Positions 1 to 12,431 of a stretch of 64,000 nucleotides of DNA are shown here, piece after piece. The notes under the pieces are model-generated. The model saw nothing but the letters and a program-made list of their open reading frames with translations, did not search any database and was not told where the DNA came from. Within the stretch, counting starts at the first letter, position 1. Every line of letters starts with the position of its first letter. The translations under genes were made by a program, and so were the position numbers. The stretch is from Asterias rubens. Lineage: Eukaryota. The DNA is taken from contig NC_047062.1 of assembly GCF_902459465.1 (NCBI RefSeq), positions 18,042,001-18,106,000 on the forward strand. The letters run 5' to 3'.

Positions 1-126
1 CAACATTGCATTACGCCAGCAGCAAAAAGTACATTGGAAGGCCGGCCCCATTGGAAGGCCGACCCCACTACGAAGTATGATATAAGAAATATTAAGAACA
101 AAAAAATTCTAGCACACTTAGTTTAA

Positions 127-510
127 AGGCACTGGACACCTTTGGTAATTGTCAAAGACCAGTCTTCTCACTTGGTGTATCTCAACATATGCATAAAATA
201 ACAAACCTGTGAAAACTTGAATTCAATTGGTCGTCAAAGTTGTGATAGAATAATGGAAGACAAAAACACCCTTGTCGCACAAGTTGTGTGCTTTCAGATA
301 CCTTGAATTAGAGACCTCAGCTGAAACCCCAAATTCAATTCAAATATTTTAGTGAGAAATAAATTACTGCATTCTCAAAGACTACATTACTTCAGAGGGA
401 GCCGTTTCTCACAATGTTTTATACTATCAACAGCTCTCCATTGTCTGCACCAAGTAAGTTTGTATGCTAACAATTATTCTAACAAGTAATACCAATAGTG
501 TCCAGTGCCT
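127..510 (+). mobile_element. Non-autonomous DNA transposon (MITE), Kolobok-like
   Basis: TIRs AGGCACTGGACAC...GTGTCCAGTGCCT flanked by TTAA (123-126, 511-514). A TTAA TSD with RR..YY termini is the Kolobok signature. Same body recurs many times in the window. Confidence 0.85.
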
Positions 511-1016
511 TTAAAAATATGAAACCTTAAACTTCCCAACAGATGACATTTCAATTGATGATTTATTCGGTTTAGTTGGTATCGATGACAAGGTGGCACT
601 AAGGTCCATTCTTTATTGAAATTCCAACATGTATCTTATTGTTTTCCCGCACCAGGTGATCAGTTTGTCAATGTCTCCTATTAAATAAAACTGATTGGGC
701 AAATTCAGGGGCTGTCCTTTTGGGTTTGTTTTTTAAACCTGGAGGGAATTGCACTTTGAACAGCTGCCTTTTACAAAAAAAAAGATATGGACCTCATCAT
801 CATTATCATTATCATCATGAAAAATATACCAATGTGCCAATTTCACAAAGAGTTAAGATTGGTCTTAACTGCAAAACAATCGTAGTTGCTAAGTAAAGTG
901 TGATGTCACAATACAAATCACTAAGGTGATACTGACAATTTGTCTTGCAATGAATTTTATTGCTTTTTGAAATCAACCCCAGGTCTGGAAGTACATGGAG
1001 TCAACAGTGGCCTCTG

Positions 1017-1360
1017 TAGTCTTGGTTCAAGACTCTCCTGGATTTGTCACAACAGGGCGCGCTATCACCCCAACGCGCTATCAACCACGAACCGCTATCA
1101 CCCGAGAACCGCTATCACAGGAGAGTCTTGGCACATTCGTTAAATCTCCCCCCCCCCCCCCAAAAAAAAGGGGGCGGGCTCTGCGGGAAACCTACGCACG
1201 CGCATTATGTTTCCCCTCCCATTTTGGGGGGAGATTTAACGAATGTGCCAAGACTCTCCTGTGATAGCGGTTCTCGGATAGCGGTTCGTGGTTGATAGCG
1301 CGTTGGGGGTGATAGCGCGCTCTCTTGTGACAAATCTAGGATAGTCTTGAACCAAGACTA
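1017..1360. mobile_element. Foldback/Mutator-like MITE with ~134-bp TIRs and 9-bp TSD
   Basis: Arms 1017-1150 and ~1227-1360 are near-perfect inverted repeats. TGGCCTCTG is duplicated at 1008-1016 and 1361-1369. Four (G/C)CGCTATCA sub-repeats per arm. Confidence 0.85.
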
Positions 1361-1433
1361 TGGCCTCTGTTGCCCCTGTCTTGGTTATGGTCTTGGTCTT
1401 AGCACCCCTACAAAAGTTTCCCTTAGACCTTAA

Positions 1434-1740
1434 AGGGAAGGTACACGTTTGGTAATTGTCAAAGACCAGTCTTCTCACTTGGTGTATCTCAACATATGCA
1501 TGAAATAACAAGCCTGTGAAAATTTGAGCTCAATTGGTCATCGAAGTTGCAAGAAAATGATGAAAGAAAAAAACACCCTTGTTGGACGAAATTGTGTGCT
1601 TTCAGATAAGAATAAAAGACTTCTAGGTAGTCTACGTTACTTCAGAAGGAGTCGTTTCTCACAATGTTTTATACTATCAACAGCTCTCCAATGCTTGGTT
1701 AACATTTGTTTTGAGTAGTTACCAAACATGTGCCTTCCCT
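1434..1740 (+). mobile_element. Kolobok-like MITE, variant-TIR subfamily
   Basis: TTAA at 1430-1433 and 1741-1744. TIR AGGGAAGGTACACGTTTGGTAA / TTACCAAACATGTGCCTTCCCT. Body nearly identical to 127-510. Confidence 0.85.
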
Positions 1741-2659
1741 TTAAGATTGTCCAGTAGAAATGCCATTTGCAAAATGAAAATGGCCTTGCCCTCTCAAAGA
1801 TGAAATTCCATGCCTGATAAACATGAGAATAATATGTTTAACAAAATTTCATAAAAGTTATTTGTGGTTAAACAAAAAACATGCGACCCTTGAGTCACAA
1901 GTCATCTGGGTAAATTCTAAGTCTAGTCCGAGTGCAAACCTTTCGCCAATGTGCCAATCAATTTGGGTACTTTTTGTTTTTAGTGCATCTTACACCTTGG
2001 ATTCCATTAGCATTGTTATGTTATGATCATAGAGCAAGGAGATTGACAGGTAGCTGTCTTCCAAACCCAACCCCTCCCCCTCCCCCAGTGGTGCAACCAG
2101 AGGGTGGGGGCAGAAAGGCCCCCCAACCTTGCCCCACCAACCCACCCCCACACAAAAATGCACAAATGAATGCTTTGATACATTAATTAGCCCCTTAATG
2201 GAAATATTACCCCATCCTTGAACCTACTTGCTTTTCTAGTTGTATTATCATCCATATGTTCTTTGTTGATCTTCTATCACCGTGGTTACAACTGAGTTAC
2301 CCTTGTCAGTTATGAAGCCAGTTAGTACCCAATTGAGCTAATTTGTTATTGTACCTGGGGCGTTTCTATCACTGGAGATGCCGTCCCCTCAGGTATAAAC
2401 GCATAAAGTCCTTGGACTTGTGTTTATTTTTTTGTAAACAACCTGTTTGGCAGTACTATGGAGTTGGCGGGATTACAGATGTATATTTTGTCTGTGTGAG
2501 ACATTAAATGAAAAAAACGTTATTTTTGAATTTATTTACAGGCACTGGGCACTATTTCACTCAAAATAATTGTTAGCTAAAAAACTTACTTGGTGGCATA
2601 AAGTTTTTAAGATACTTCTGGGTACCTGTACATTAGATACAATGGGTGTTTCTTCTGGT

Positions 2660-2794
2660 GATAGAAACGACGACTTCGGCTACAGCTACGGCTACAGCTA
2701 CGGCTAGATCGCGCGCGTCTGCCTATTCTTCAACACTGGTAGACGCGCTGATCTAGACGTAGCTGTAGCCGAAGTCGTCGTTTCGGACACGGCC
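2660..2794. mobile_element. Palindromic MITE (GGCCGTGTCCGAAAC termini), Harbinger-like; related copies ~7088-7183 and ~56216-56348
   Basis: GAAACGACGACTTCGGCTACAGCTACG...CGTAGCTGTAGCCGAAGTCGTCGTTTC inverted repeat; repeated elsewhere in the window. Confidence 0.7.
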
Positions 2795-2813
2795 TTAGCC
2801 TTCTATACTGCAG

Positions 2814-2994
2814 GGCCCAATTTCATAGAGCTGCTCAAGCCAAAAATAGTGCTTACAATATTTCTGCTGAGCAGAAACAAGCAGGATACCAGTCAAAGAG
2901 TGTACACATGACATGCTAATTTGGCTTGTAAGCCTATCCTGGTAAGCATAATTGTGTTATGCTTAGTTACTTTTATACTCTATTAAATTAGGCC
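2814..2994. mobile_element. PIF/Harbinger-like MITE with CWG TSD
   Basis: TIR GGCCCAATTT / AAATTAGGCC; CAG duplicated at 2811-2813 and 2995-2997. Confidence 0.75.
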
Positions 2995-3624
2995 CAGGTG
3001 TAGTAAACCAATCTATTTTGCTTCAAGTCTCAAACTCTTAGATTTCACCATTCGAGGAAACATCAACAGTAATTTGAAACACAGACGTCTCTTCGGTATT
3101 AATGTTTTTTATTTAGGAATTTACTCCAGAAACTGATCGGTTTGCAAAGTCCGGACTAGCATTTCACAGTGTGCAGTCCTGTTTCTAATCGCAAAACAAA
3201 TGGATTCCCTAAAGTACTGGGTTTTGGGGGTATTTTTCTTTCCTTCTAACAATGGGACTATTTAGTAGTTTGTGCCTGATACCTTTTACAGTCCTGTAGC
3301 CAAAAAGTTTGTGACAGTTTTTCTTCTGGGCACAATACCAAGAAAAATACCTGCAGCTTTTCAGGAAAGTTTACTTTTGTCCATGTAAAATTTCTCCTTT
3401 TTGGGGGAGGGAGTGCTGTGTTTCAACAAAATATTTCGAGAAAACATTGAAATTCTTTAGAGGTTTCAATTGAAAATCCCTGTGACAATAGCAATCAACT
3501 TTTGCTAAAATTATCCATTGTCTCAAACTCACTATCCAGAATGGGATTATTGCTGTCATATCAACAAAGAGCATCTCTCTTGAACCATGCAAATTAGTTT
3601 CTGTAACAACTTAAGTTTAGGCAG

Positions 3625-3790
3625 TCAGGCTGACGTAGTGGTTGTATTCCCTCTTTCCTTCCACGTTTAGGACCCTAGTTCGAATCACACCAGGGGCATA
3701 CGTGGATTAGGTTTTTCCTTGGAACATTTCTCTGGGGTTTTTCCCTCCCCACATGTAAAGCTTTCTCAATAGGGTTGGTGGCTAGTGTAA
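3625..3790 (+). mobile_element. tRNA-derived SINE, degenerate
   Basis: A-box-like GGCTGACGTAGTGG and B-box AGTTCGAATC followed by non-tRNA body; no intact cloverleaf. Confidence 0.45.
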
Positions 3791-5698
3791 GTCCTTGGCT
3801 TCACAACCAGAAAAATTATACTAAATGAAATAAACAGTGTGGAATTCACTGTGCAAAATGTAGTTCCCCCCCCCCAAAAAAAAAAAGTTACCAAGAAGTT
3901 CATTCCAATGCTCCGTCACAAAGTTGAAGTAGCTCATTTTGTGGTATAGTGTGGCATTTCCTTTTCAGAGTGTTCGTCCATAATGTTTTGATACTGTAAG
4001 TGAACTACACGGTCATTTGGCAAGGCAGATCTATTTTTAATGCCAGCTAAAATAACCCATAAATGTGTACCTGAAGGACAATGAGATTGGATTAGGCCAA
4101 CTTTCTATAACCCCCCCCCCCCCCCCCAATCTCTGAATCTAGAACAGCACAGCATGCGTGGAGTTTTGACGACTGAGTAACGGATCCAGGCAAAACCAGA
4201 CAACATTCTTCAATTTATGCATTTTATGCAGACATAGTCACAACATATTCCAGACCAGTTCAACGTCCTCTGGTAGTTTCTTTTTTGCCAAATTTATCTC
4301 GAGGGATATCCTGAACTTACGGAGTAAAGTCTCCCACAGGAAAAATTATAAGGCTAATCAAAATTGAAAACTTACCAATTCCAGACGTATTCCTTTTGCC
4401 CTCATTACACTTTAAAAAAAAACAGTTTGTGACAATCAATTATTTATTGACTCGAGAACCTGCATTTTTCAATTTAAAAACAAACAAAATTGACTACTTG
4501 AATTCAAGAAGACATGGTGTAATGTCTATTTATAGTAACCATGTGGTTGCTATATGCGGTGACCGCACAGTGAACCCCATATAGATTAATATGTCATATT
4601 GCCATTAAGTAAGTTCAATGGCCCGCCATATGACCCCTATTTCAACTTCTGGTGCCACACTTTCATACTAATAATATCTCTCAAGTTTTTACTCTGTAAG
4701 TTGAGCAGGAGTTATAACTAAACTCAGGCCTTGCTCTTAAACCTTTTATGTTTATCATCCCCCCAGGAAGTTTTAGTAGCCCGATCTTAAAATGTTTTGT
4801 CTTAAATGTATCTTTCTGATGTATCAATGGTAGCAATCACAACCAGTATAATAGGCAAATAAAGGTTCACTCAAACACTCAAAAATAAATGAATACATTT
4901 AAAAAATGTATTATTCACATCCGTTTAAAGAAATATGAGCATTTAAAACAAGTAGGTTGTACAGTTTTTAAGTAGCCCACAGGGCAAGTTGAGAAGTTAG
5001 CCCACAGCAGCTTTTACTAGACAATGTTTACTGTTCTAGTGTTAAGGGCGAGCCCTGTAAACTATATTATATTTTATTATTTCCATACTTGTACCTTGTA
5101 GATAGATGTATGGGATTAAATGATGTTGCTTTGACTGTACAGACTTCACCATGGACAGACACTTGACACCCACTCCTCAGAGTTGAAGATAAATTCCTAC
5201 AATTTGTTTCCGGTTGATTGTGTGTAGGAGAAGAAAAGGCAAGTGGGATTTTTGTTCTTACATGCCGTCAACTTATGCAAAGAGTATTTTTTGGATGAAG
5301 TGCTTTAACATTTACAACAGCAACTCTACGATGGAAATGTGGGGGAGAGACTCTTCAGTATATCTGTGCGCAACTGAAGTATCTTGCTATTACTAGAGTG
5401 CTGTTTGTTTATTTATAATTGTTTTCAAGAAAACTGTCAGTGATAAGAAAATGAAACAAGTTGCACAATTTGTTGTGATTTCTAATTTTTATATTTTCAC
5501 TCGAGTGCTGTGTCATCAATCACAGCTAAGCGAATTTTTGTCTTGAGTGGTTGGAAAACTGCATGAAATGTAACAAATAATAAGTGTTTTAAAGAAACAA
5601 TAATGACCCTTTAAATATGGGAAAAAGAAGCTTAAATCTGGGCCCAATTTCATAAAACAATGGTACCTGTATGGTATTTGTCTGCTTACCTATTTATA

Positions 5699-6070
5699 AC
5701 CCGAGTAATATGCCGGTGATTTTTGTCTTCTTCACAGAACTCGGAATGTACACTGAGTATACAGTGCTAACACACATCGGTGTATGGGTAATACCAAAAT
5801 TATAATTTTTTATCCCGATGCAAACTTAACATCTATTAAATCAGTGCAGGAACCGCTGCTAAAAATAGCATTGGAACTGAAGCTTCTAGCTACCGGGCAA
5901 TCTGACTGGTCTAGTTGGTAAGACACTGCTCTAGAATGGTTAAGGTTGTGGGCTCGAATCCCACCCGAGTAATATGCCTGCGATTAAGGAAAAGACCGAG
6001 AATACAGTTTATTAATGGGTATTTATATATGAGTATTCTTTATCCTGATGCAAATTTAACATCTATTAAC
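5699..6070 (+). mobile_element. Tandem dimer of a tRNA-derived SINE-like repeat
   Basis: A-box TGGTCTAGTTGG 5907-5918, B-box GGCTCGAATCC 5951-5961. ACCCGAGTAATATGCC at 5699 and 5963; tail TATCC(C/T)GATGCAAA at 5811 and 6041. Confidence 0.65.
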
Positions 6071-7689
6071 CTATTTATGTTTTTTAAGCAAGAGTCTTCT
6101 GTGCTCAGAATCACTGGTCATAGCCATGGCACAGTCTAATGATTACCAAAACAGAATCTCATTTATATAGCAGTTACACCAAATGTCACTTTCAATATAA
6201 AAAATCTAGGCCAGAAGGTTCAGTGGTATTTCCTGTATCGTCAAGCTGTAGTCCAATGGAATTATTACTTTCATCCCATGGATGAACTACCTGATTCTCA
6301 TGTTTTATGCATCATACATAATGCATGCTAGTTTATTCTATTCCAAGAAGTGGAACAGACGAAGATGCGTAATTTAATCTTGGATGCAAGGCTCAATCCG
6401 AGAGCCTACATCTGCTCCGGATGCAGTTTTATAAGCTGAGAATTTTATGGATGATGTGTTGTCGTTAACATATCTTGGGACTAGGATACTTGCCCCGTCC
6501 TACATTTTTTTCTTGACCAAAATATGTTTTACCAATTCCACCGGCCCAATTTATACTGGCTCACTTGAGAACCTTTCTATAAAATCACTGTCTATTTTTG
6601 GCTATACAAAAATGAAACAAATGTTCAGTCCCACTTGGAAGTGCTTTGAGAAAGAATTAATTACTCTCTTGTGTCACAAATAAAAAAGGTGATTCATAAC
6701 ACCTATTTTGAGAACGAAACCAAAACGACAACAACCATAGCGAAAAGGGGGCTGCTGTTTTCTCACAAATATTATTCCACTTGGTGTATTTCTCTCTCTA
6801 AACCTAATTCAAGCGAATGCCTGAAATACCTGTAGATCTTTAATAACTTCAGGTATGAGTGGACTGTGGCTGTATGATGTTTGTCTTTTGAAAGTAGGAA
6901 TGTGTGTTGGAAATATTTCTCAAAGTAGGCTCAATGGACCTTTATCATGATGCGGCCATCTTGATTTTCTACAGTCTGTAAGAATGTAACCAAACCGAGG
7001 CTGGAAGAAAAAAATATTCTGGTTCCTTTCTCAGTTTCTCATTAGATACAGGGAACATGACTAAGATGGTGGCAGCATTAGAGGTTTAGGCAATGTCCGA
7101 AACGGTGACTTCGGCTACAGCATTGGCTAAATCAGCGCGTCTGCTAGTGTTGAAGAATAGGCAGACGCGCGCGATGTAGCTATAGGTTTATTGCATCACT
7201 ACTTGCGTGGTGTGCGATTGCATCAGAATGTCTCGCGTGTATTTCTGAAAGGTTTTGTTATCTTCACCGGTAAAACGGAATCCATGGTTTCCACAAATTT
7301 TCAAATTTGCGCAGCCAGTGTTGATTGTCATAGGGACAGTCATTGAAGCGCATCATTTCCTTAGCAACAGCCGTAGCCCAGCCATTGCGGTCATTTTGGA
7401 ACATGGCCTCATTAATTCTTATAATGAGAAAATTGAATAAGCTATTCCAAACAATTTTCTAATTATAATGCCAACAATGGTGGAAGACTATTAGTTGTCT
7501 GTGCCCATGCATTCATCATTTTTGTGACAGTAGTTTGGACGGGAGAACAAATGCCTGCCTGAACGCTAATTGATAATGAATAAATAATAGTACAAATAAT
7601 GAGCAGTTTCTAGAAACATTCATTACAGTGTACCACCAGGACCAATTGCTTAACATTTTTATGCTAAATAAACTGAGCAGGATACCAGT

Positions 7690-8112
7690 ATACAATTGTT
7701 GCACGCTGGGATGGGGTCCATTGCGTTTTGTACAAATGGCAAATGGCACCCGAGGCAAAGCCGAGGTTGCCATTTCCCCTCGAGGGTGTACAAAATCCAT
7801 GGACCCCAGTCACAGCGTGCAACAATTGTTTTGTTATACCTTTGTATAATTTGTATTCCTCTTCTCAAAGTTCTGTTGTCATCTTCAAACATTATTACGA
7901 CGGAGAAACACTTCCCTCGAACCCTTGGTTGTTTCGTACACAGCGCTGAAAATCGAACAACGCCGGGAACGATCAAGGTAATGTACACCGGTGTACATCA
8001 CTTTTCATGTTACCCGGCCGGTCGAGCCATGTAACATGCGTTTTTGTTGCACGTCACGTGATTGGTTCTCGACCAATCAAACTTCACAGTTTGTTACCGA
8101 GGTATAACAATT
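7690..8112 (-). mobile_element. Non-autonomous element with terminal stem-loop, Crypton-like (tentative)
   Basis: Nested inverted repeat 7692-7829 with CCCGAGGCAAAGCCGAGG core and GATTGG..TCACGTG motif. Same architecture at 31757-32110. Superfamily assignment is from memory of marine-invertebrate repeats. Confidence 0.4.
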
Positions 8113-9775
8113 ACTGTTTGTCTCTTTCTAGCAGCACTTTCAGTTAACAGCAGGTGCAAAATGAATATTAAATAAAGGAGTTGTTTCTGGTACATAATTG
8201 AATAGTGGCCAATGGGGCGGCCATCTTGATTTTCTCCCATTCAACACAATGTTACCAAACCGAGGGTAGAAGGAAATGAGTCACTGGTTCCTTTCTGTAC
8301 AATGAATACTAGCATCCATTACTGTTACGGTATACAGGGAACATGACCAACATGGGGGCAGCAAATGTTTATTCTTTTCAATATTAGGAAAAACATTGTT
8401 CAGGTCTGTCGCTAGAAATGTTATCGAAACTGTTTAATTGAAAACCAGAACCCTGGACTGGTTATTTGTTTGGTCTAAGACCCGACCCCCCCCCCCCCCC
8501 CCCACCCAGCTATTGAAAAAAAACCTTATTCCTTGCATGTCAGCAAGAAGGATAATGTTTCCTCATACAGAGGTATATAAGATGGTTATTTACATAATAT
8601 ACAATAATATAACACCATAATGAAGTTTACTCACGCATAAACTAGTATTGGTATTTAATCGATAAGCGGAACAGGACTGGGTATTTATTAGGTCTTGGCC
8701 CCACCTTCCCCTTCCCCACGATTTTTTAATAAACAATGTTGAAGGAAATGATATATTGCACATAACAAAAAAGATGCATTATCCTCAAACAGTGGTATAT
8801 AAAAATGGTTAATAATCTTTACATACTTATGTACAATTATATAACACCATAATTAAGTTAACATCATGCTGGGTAGCTTGTTCAATAATGTTAATTTGGA
8901 TGATCAGTAAATATTGGATGGTTTGGATTGTCTTAGATACTGTATACATTTTCTTGCATTACGTAATGCTTCATTCAATGGCTTTCGTATGCTGACATCT
9001 TCAAGAGACCTTCAAGAATTAAGAAGAGATAAATTTTGCAGACGTTCAAATCCTCTTCCTTTGATAAGTTGTTAATGGCCATGGAATGATTAATAATAGC
9101 TTATAGAGAGTTACCCTGGAGTTAAAACCTAAGACTCCATATACATAAGCCGAGTTAATTTTTGTGCACATAATCCCTATAGAAAACCCTGGGAAACTGA
9201 CGTCCTTGCTTCCTTTTTAGTGGCCTGCGGCGTGTGACCGTCAAAGTTATGAAGCCCTGGAGATAGTCACGTTGACATACACGTGTGTTTTCTTGAAAGG
9301 CAAAGTAGATTTTTGGTTTTGGGGAACGTTGGTTGTTTTTAGTCCTGCATATACATGTAGGCGTATACAATGAAACTAACCTATGAATATTTCATTTCAA
9401 AAGTCGCATTTTTGAGATAACGCCGAAAATCCGGAGCGAGAATTTTATGAAACTTTGTACAAAATTCCTTCAAATACCTCACATATTCTTTTCGTCGTTC
9501 CTCCGTGTTTTACTGGCAATCATAGAGAGTTATACCAAGGCGCACCTCACACCACCTCCTACTAAAAACTATGCAACATACTTGTTAAAAATGCTCATAT
9601 TTTTCCATTCATATCTAAATAATACATTTTTTAAATGTGTTAATTTTTGTTAGTGTAACTTCCCCTACTATAGTGGTTGTGATCGCTACCAGTGCATCAG
9701 AAAGATCATTTATGACAAATCATGTTTAAAATCAGGGCTACTAAAACTTCTTAAATCGAGGGTTTATTAGCTCAA

Positions 9776-10130
9776 AGGGTACACATTTGTAGTTTTTGTA
9801 GGACACAAAACACAATGTCTACAGATTTACATCAAACTCACAATTTGAAAATAATGATGGATAAGTAGAAAGTTTCCCTTAAAATACTGCTTGCTGAGGT
9901 GCTGTAGTTTTTGAGAAATTAGTAAAAAAAAGTCCAGAAAATAATGTTCGTCACGAAAATAATGTTCGTCTTTAACGACGAAGATTATTTTAGCTTGTAA
10001 AACGTACTTTCTTTACATTTATTTTACAAAAACTACATCACTTCGGGTAGTAATATTTTAAGGTAAGCTTTCTACCATCATTATCTTCAAACGATGTAAG
10101 TTTATGATGAAATAAATAGTAAACTGCGGG
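9776..10130 (+). mobile_element. Degenerate Kolobok-like MITE (second family; opposite-orientation relative at ~22303-22698)
   Basis: Shares AAAGTTTCCCTTAAAATACT..GCTGAGGTGCTGTAGTTTTTGAGAAA with the reverse complement of ~22570-22620. Confidence 0.5.
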
Positions 10131-12431
10131 TACAAACCATGTGTATTAATTACACTACCCGCAAGTTTACTATTTATTTATAGGTTCTTCTTATGTCTTA
10201 ACACCATGCAAAGCTTCAAACAATACTTGATGTAAGTTGAATGTAAATGTGTTGACAAGGTGTGTTTTGTGTTAGGCCTGTATGATGGTTATAGCATTTA
10301 CATGTACAACATCCCGATGACCTGCCCTCGTTTTCCCGCCCAAACATCTCTTGCTGTCAATCGTGAATTATAAATGAAGCGTATGACGACTTCAAAGTAA
10401 TTGTGAAAGTGTGGAATTGTCACCCGACATACATCCTCCCAGATGGCAAGACAATCTCAAGGAATACTCACCCCCATTCCTTGAGACTTCCCATTCTTGG
10501 AGATTTCATTGCAAATTTGTTTCATACCACTTCGCAATGATGACCCGCCCTGATTTCGCGTTGAGTTAAATTCGTAAACATTTTTTCATGCGAGGATAAA
10601 ACTGTTGACCATCTGTATAAACTATAAAATTTAGCCCATCGCGAACAACATAAACATTTCATCCATAACAAAAAATATATCAATGAAATCCGAACTACTT
10701 AAAAAAAAAAAATTGTAAGATTTTTCTGCGGAATATTACCCTCTGAGATGAAAGTCATATTCGAGAAAACTACCTGACAGCCTTTAAAATGCAACAACAG
10801 GACAATGTGTTTTTACGTAGACAATTATTGTGAACGGTTCACTATTTTCTCCTGACTCACCAATGTTCATATTATTTGTTATTTCATGTATAAATGGTTG
10901 ATCACACGAAACATGAGCACTGTTTTTATCAGATATACCAATCATATACCAATCATGTGATGTACGGGGTACCTAACTATATGCTTCCCCTACTCATAGG
11001 CCGCTATAAGAAGGTTTGCGGCCCCCCCCCCCCCACCCCACCCCCTTCTTCCGGAACGATTTGGAAAGCCCATCAAACAGTGCTGATGTTCGCTCACTAA
11101 GAGCTCAATGATGGACTGAAGTTTAAAAAAATACATATATAAAAAGGAAATAATTTGTGTCCAATGCTTAATAGAGCTGTCAAGTTTACAAATAATTTTC
11201 AAGTAATTCGTAATTTGTTTTCTTCGTAGAACCAGCAAAGGCCTAATCAACCGAAGGACGCGCCATAATCACTCAATAATTATGAAAGTTAACAATTGTT
11301 CCTTATTTTACTGTATGAACTACTGTTCAGAAACACATTCAAGTACAAATTCTGTATGATAATAAGGTAATGGTTTTCAACAGTGGTTCGTTTACCCGAG
11401 GGTTTAGAATTGATCATCTTAGTTTGTACCCATGGTGACCGTTGATAACATTTCAATGATTCCTGGCAAGATGAAATATGTGTCACAAAACCAATTAACT
11501 TAAACTTTTATTCTGTAAAACCAATTAAGTTTAAACTGTTATTCTAAAATTAGATTGAATGGAGTGCAATGGAATTATTGAGTTTTAAATATTGGTTTTC
11601 CCTGATGAGTAATAAAATTAACCCATTATAATATAATGCCGTTAAGTGGTTATTTGGCTCCAGTGCTAATGTCATGAAAGCTGGTAAAACACAGAAATTA
11701 TTTTGCTTATAGCAGAAGGTATACCTGCCAATGTTGTGTATAGTTTGAGCCTAAATTTATTATGCAAGTGTCCCGCCATTTTTCTGATAAGCAGAGAAAT
11801 TTGCCAAGCAGATCTAAGAGATCTATGTTTCACAAAGGATAGTCTTAAGGTTTTAATAACTCATAAATAGTCCCATTGAATTGAATATAAACCTTTGTGG
11901 TTTATATTGATAAATATATAAATACATAAAACAAAAACATAATAAACAAATACAAATAACAGTAAATAAAAAATAAATAAATAAAAAATTAAAGCGAAGA
12001 AAGAAAAAAAATCAAAACCCAAACCACATTATACAATCATGGACATTTAGATAGCCTTGTACCGCGAGCCATCCTTCCTCATTGTATGACTTGTTTGTAT
12101 AATCCTTCAATCAGACACAAACAGCATACTAATAACCAAGTTATTACCATCCTTGACAAAAGACATCATTCGCTCGAATTATTTTCAATTGTTCTTTCCG
12201 CCGGCCTGTTGCTTTGTGCATTTTATTTTTTATTAGGTCGCTGTGGAGACGTACAAATGACGGACATGTTTATTATAATGAGTTGATTTTATGTAAATTG
12301 TAAGTGTTATGTTTCACACAATAATATGGGAGCTTCAGTTGAAAATGATGTCCTCCTGACTAAAATAATTCACAGAAGAATTCGCAAAACAGCTCCCTCT
12401 CTTTCATTTAAATAACTATGTTATCAGTGTA

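Noticed and set aside
940-1511. Cluster of overlapping 67-91 aa ORFs with internal repeats
   Set aside because: Artefact of the GC-rich inverted-repeat MITE; mirrored peptides appear on both strands.
5160-6480. Protein-like broken frames at ~5180-5400, 6205-6450 and ~13980-14160
   Set aside because: Interrupted by stops, with no recognisable motif or consistent splice phases; cannot support a pseudogene call.
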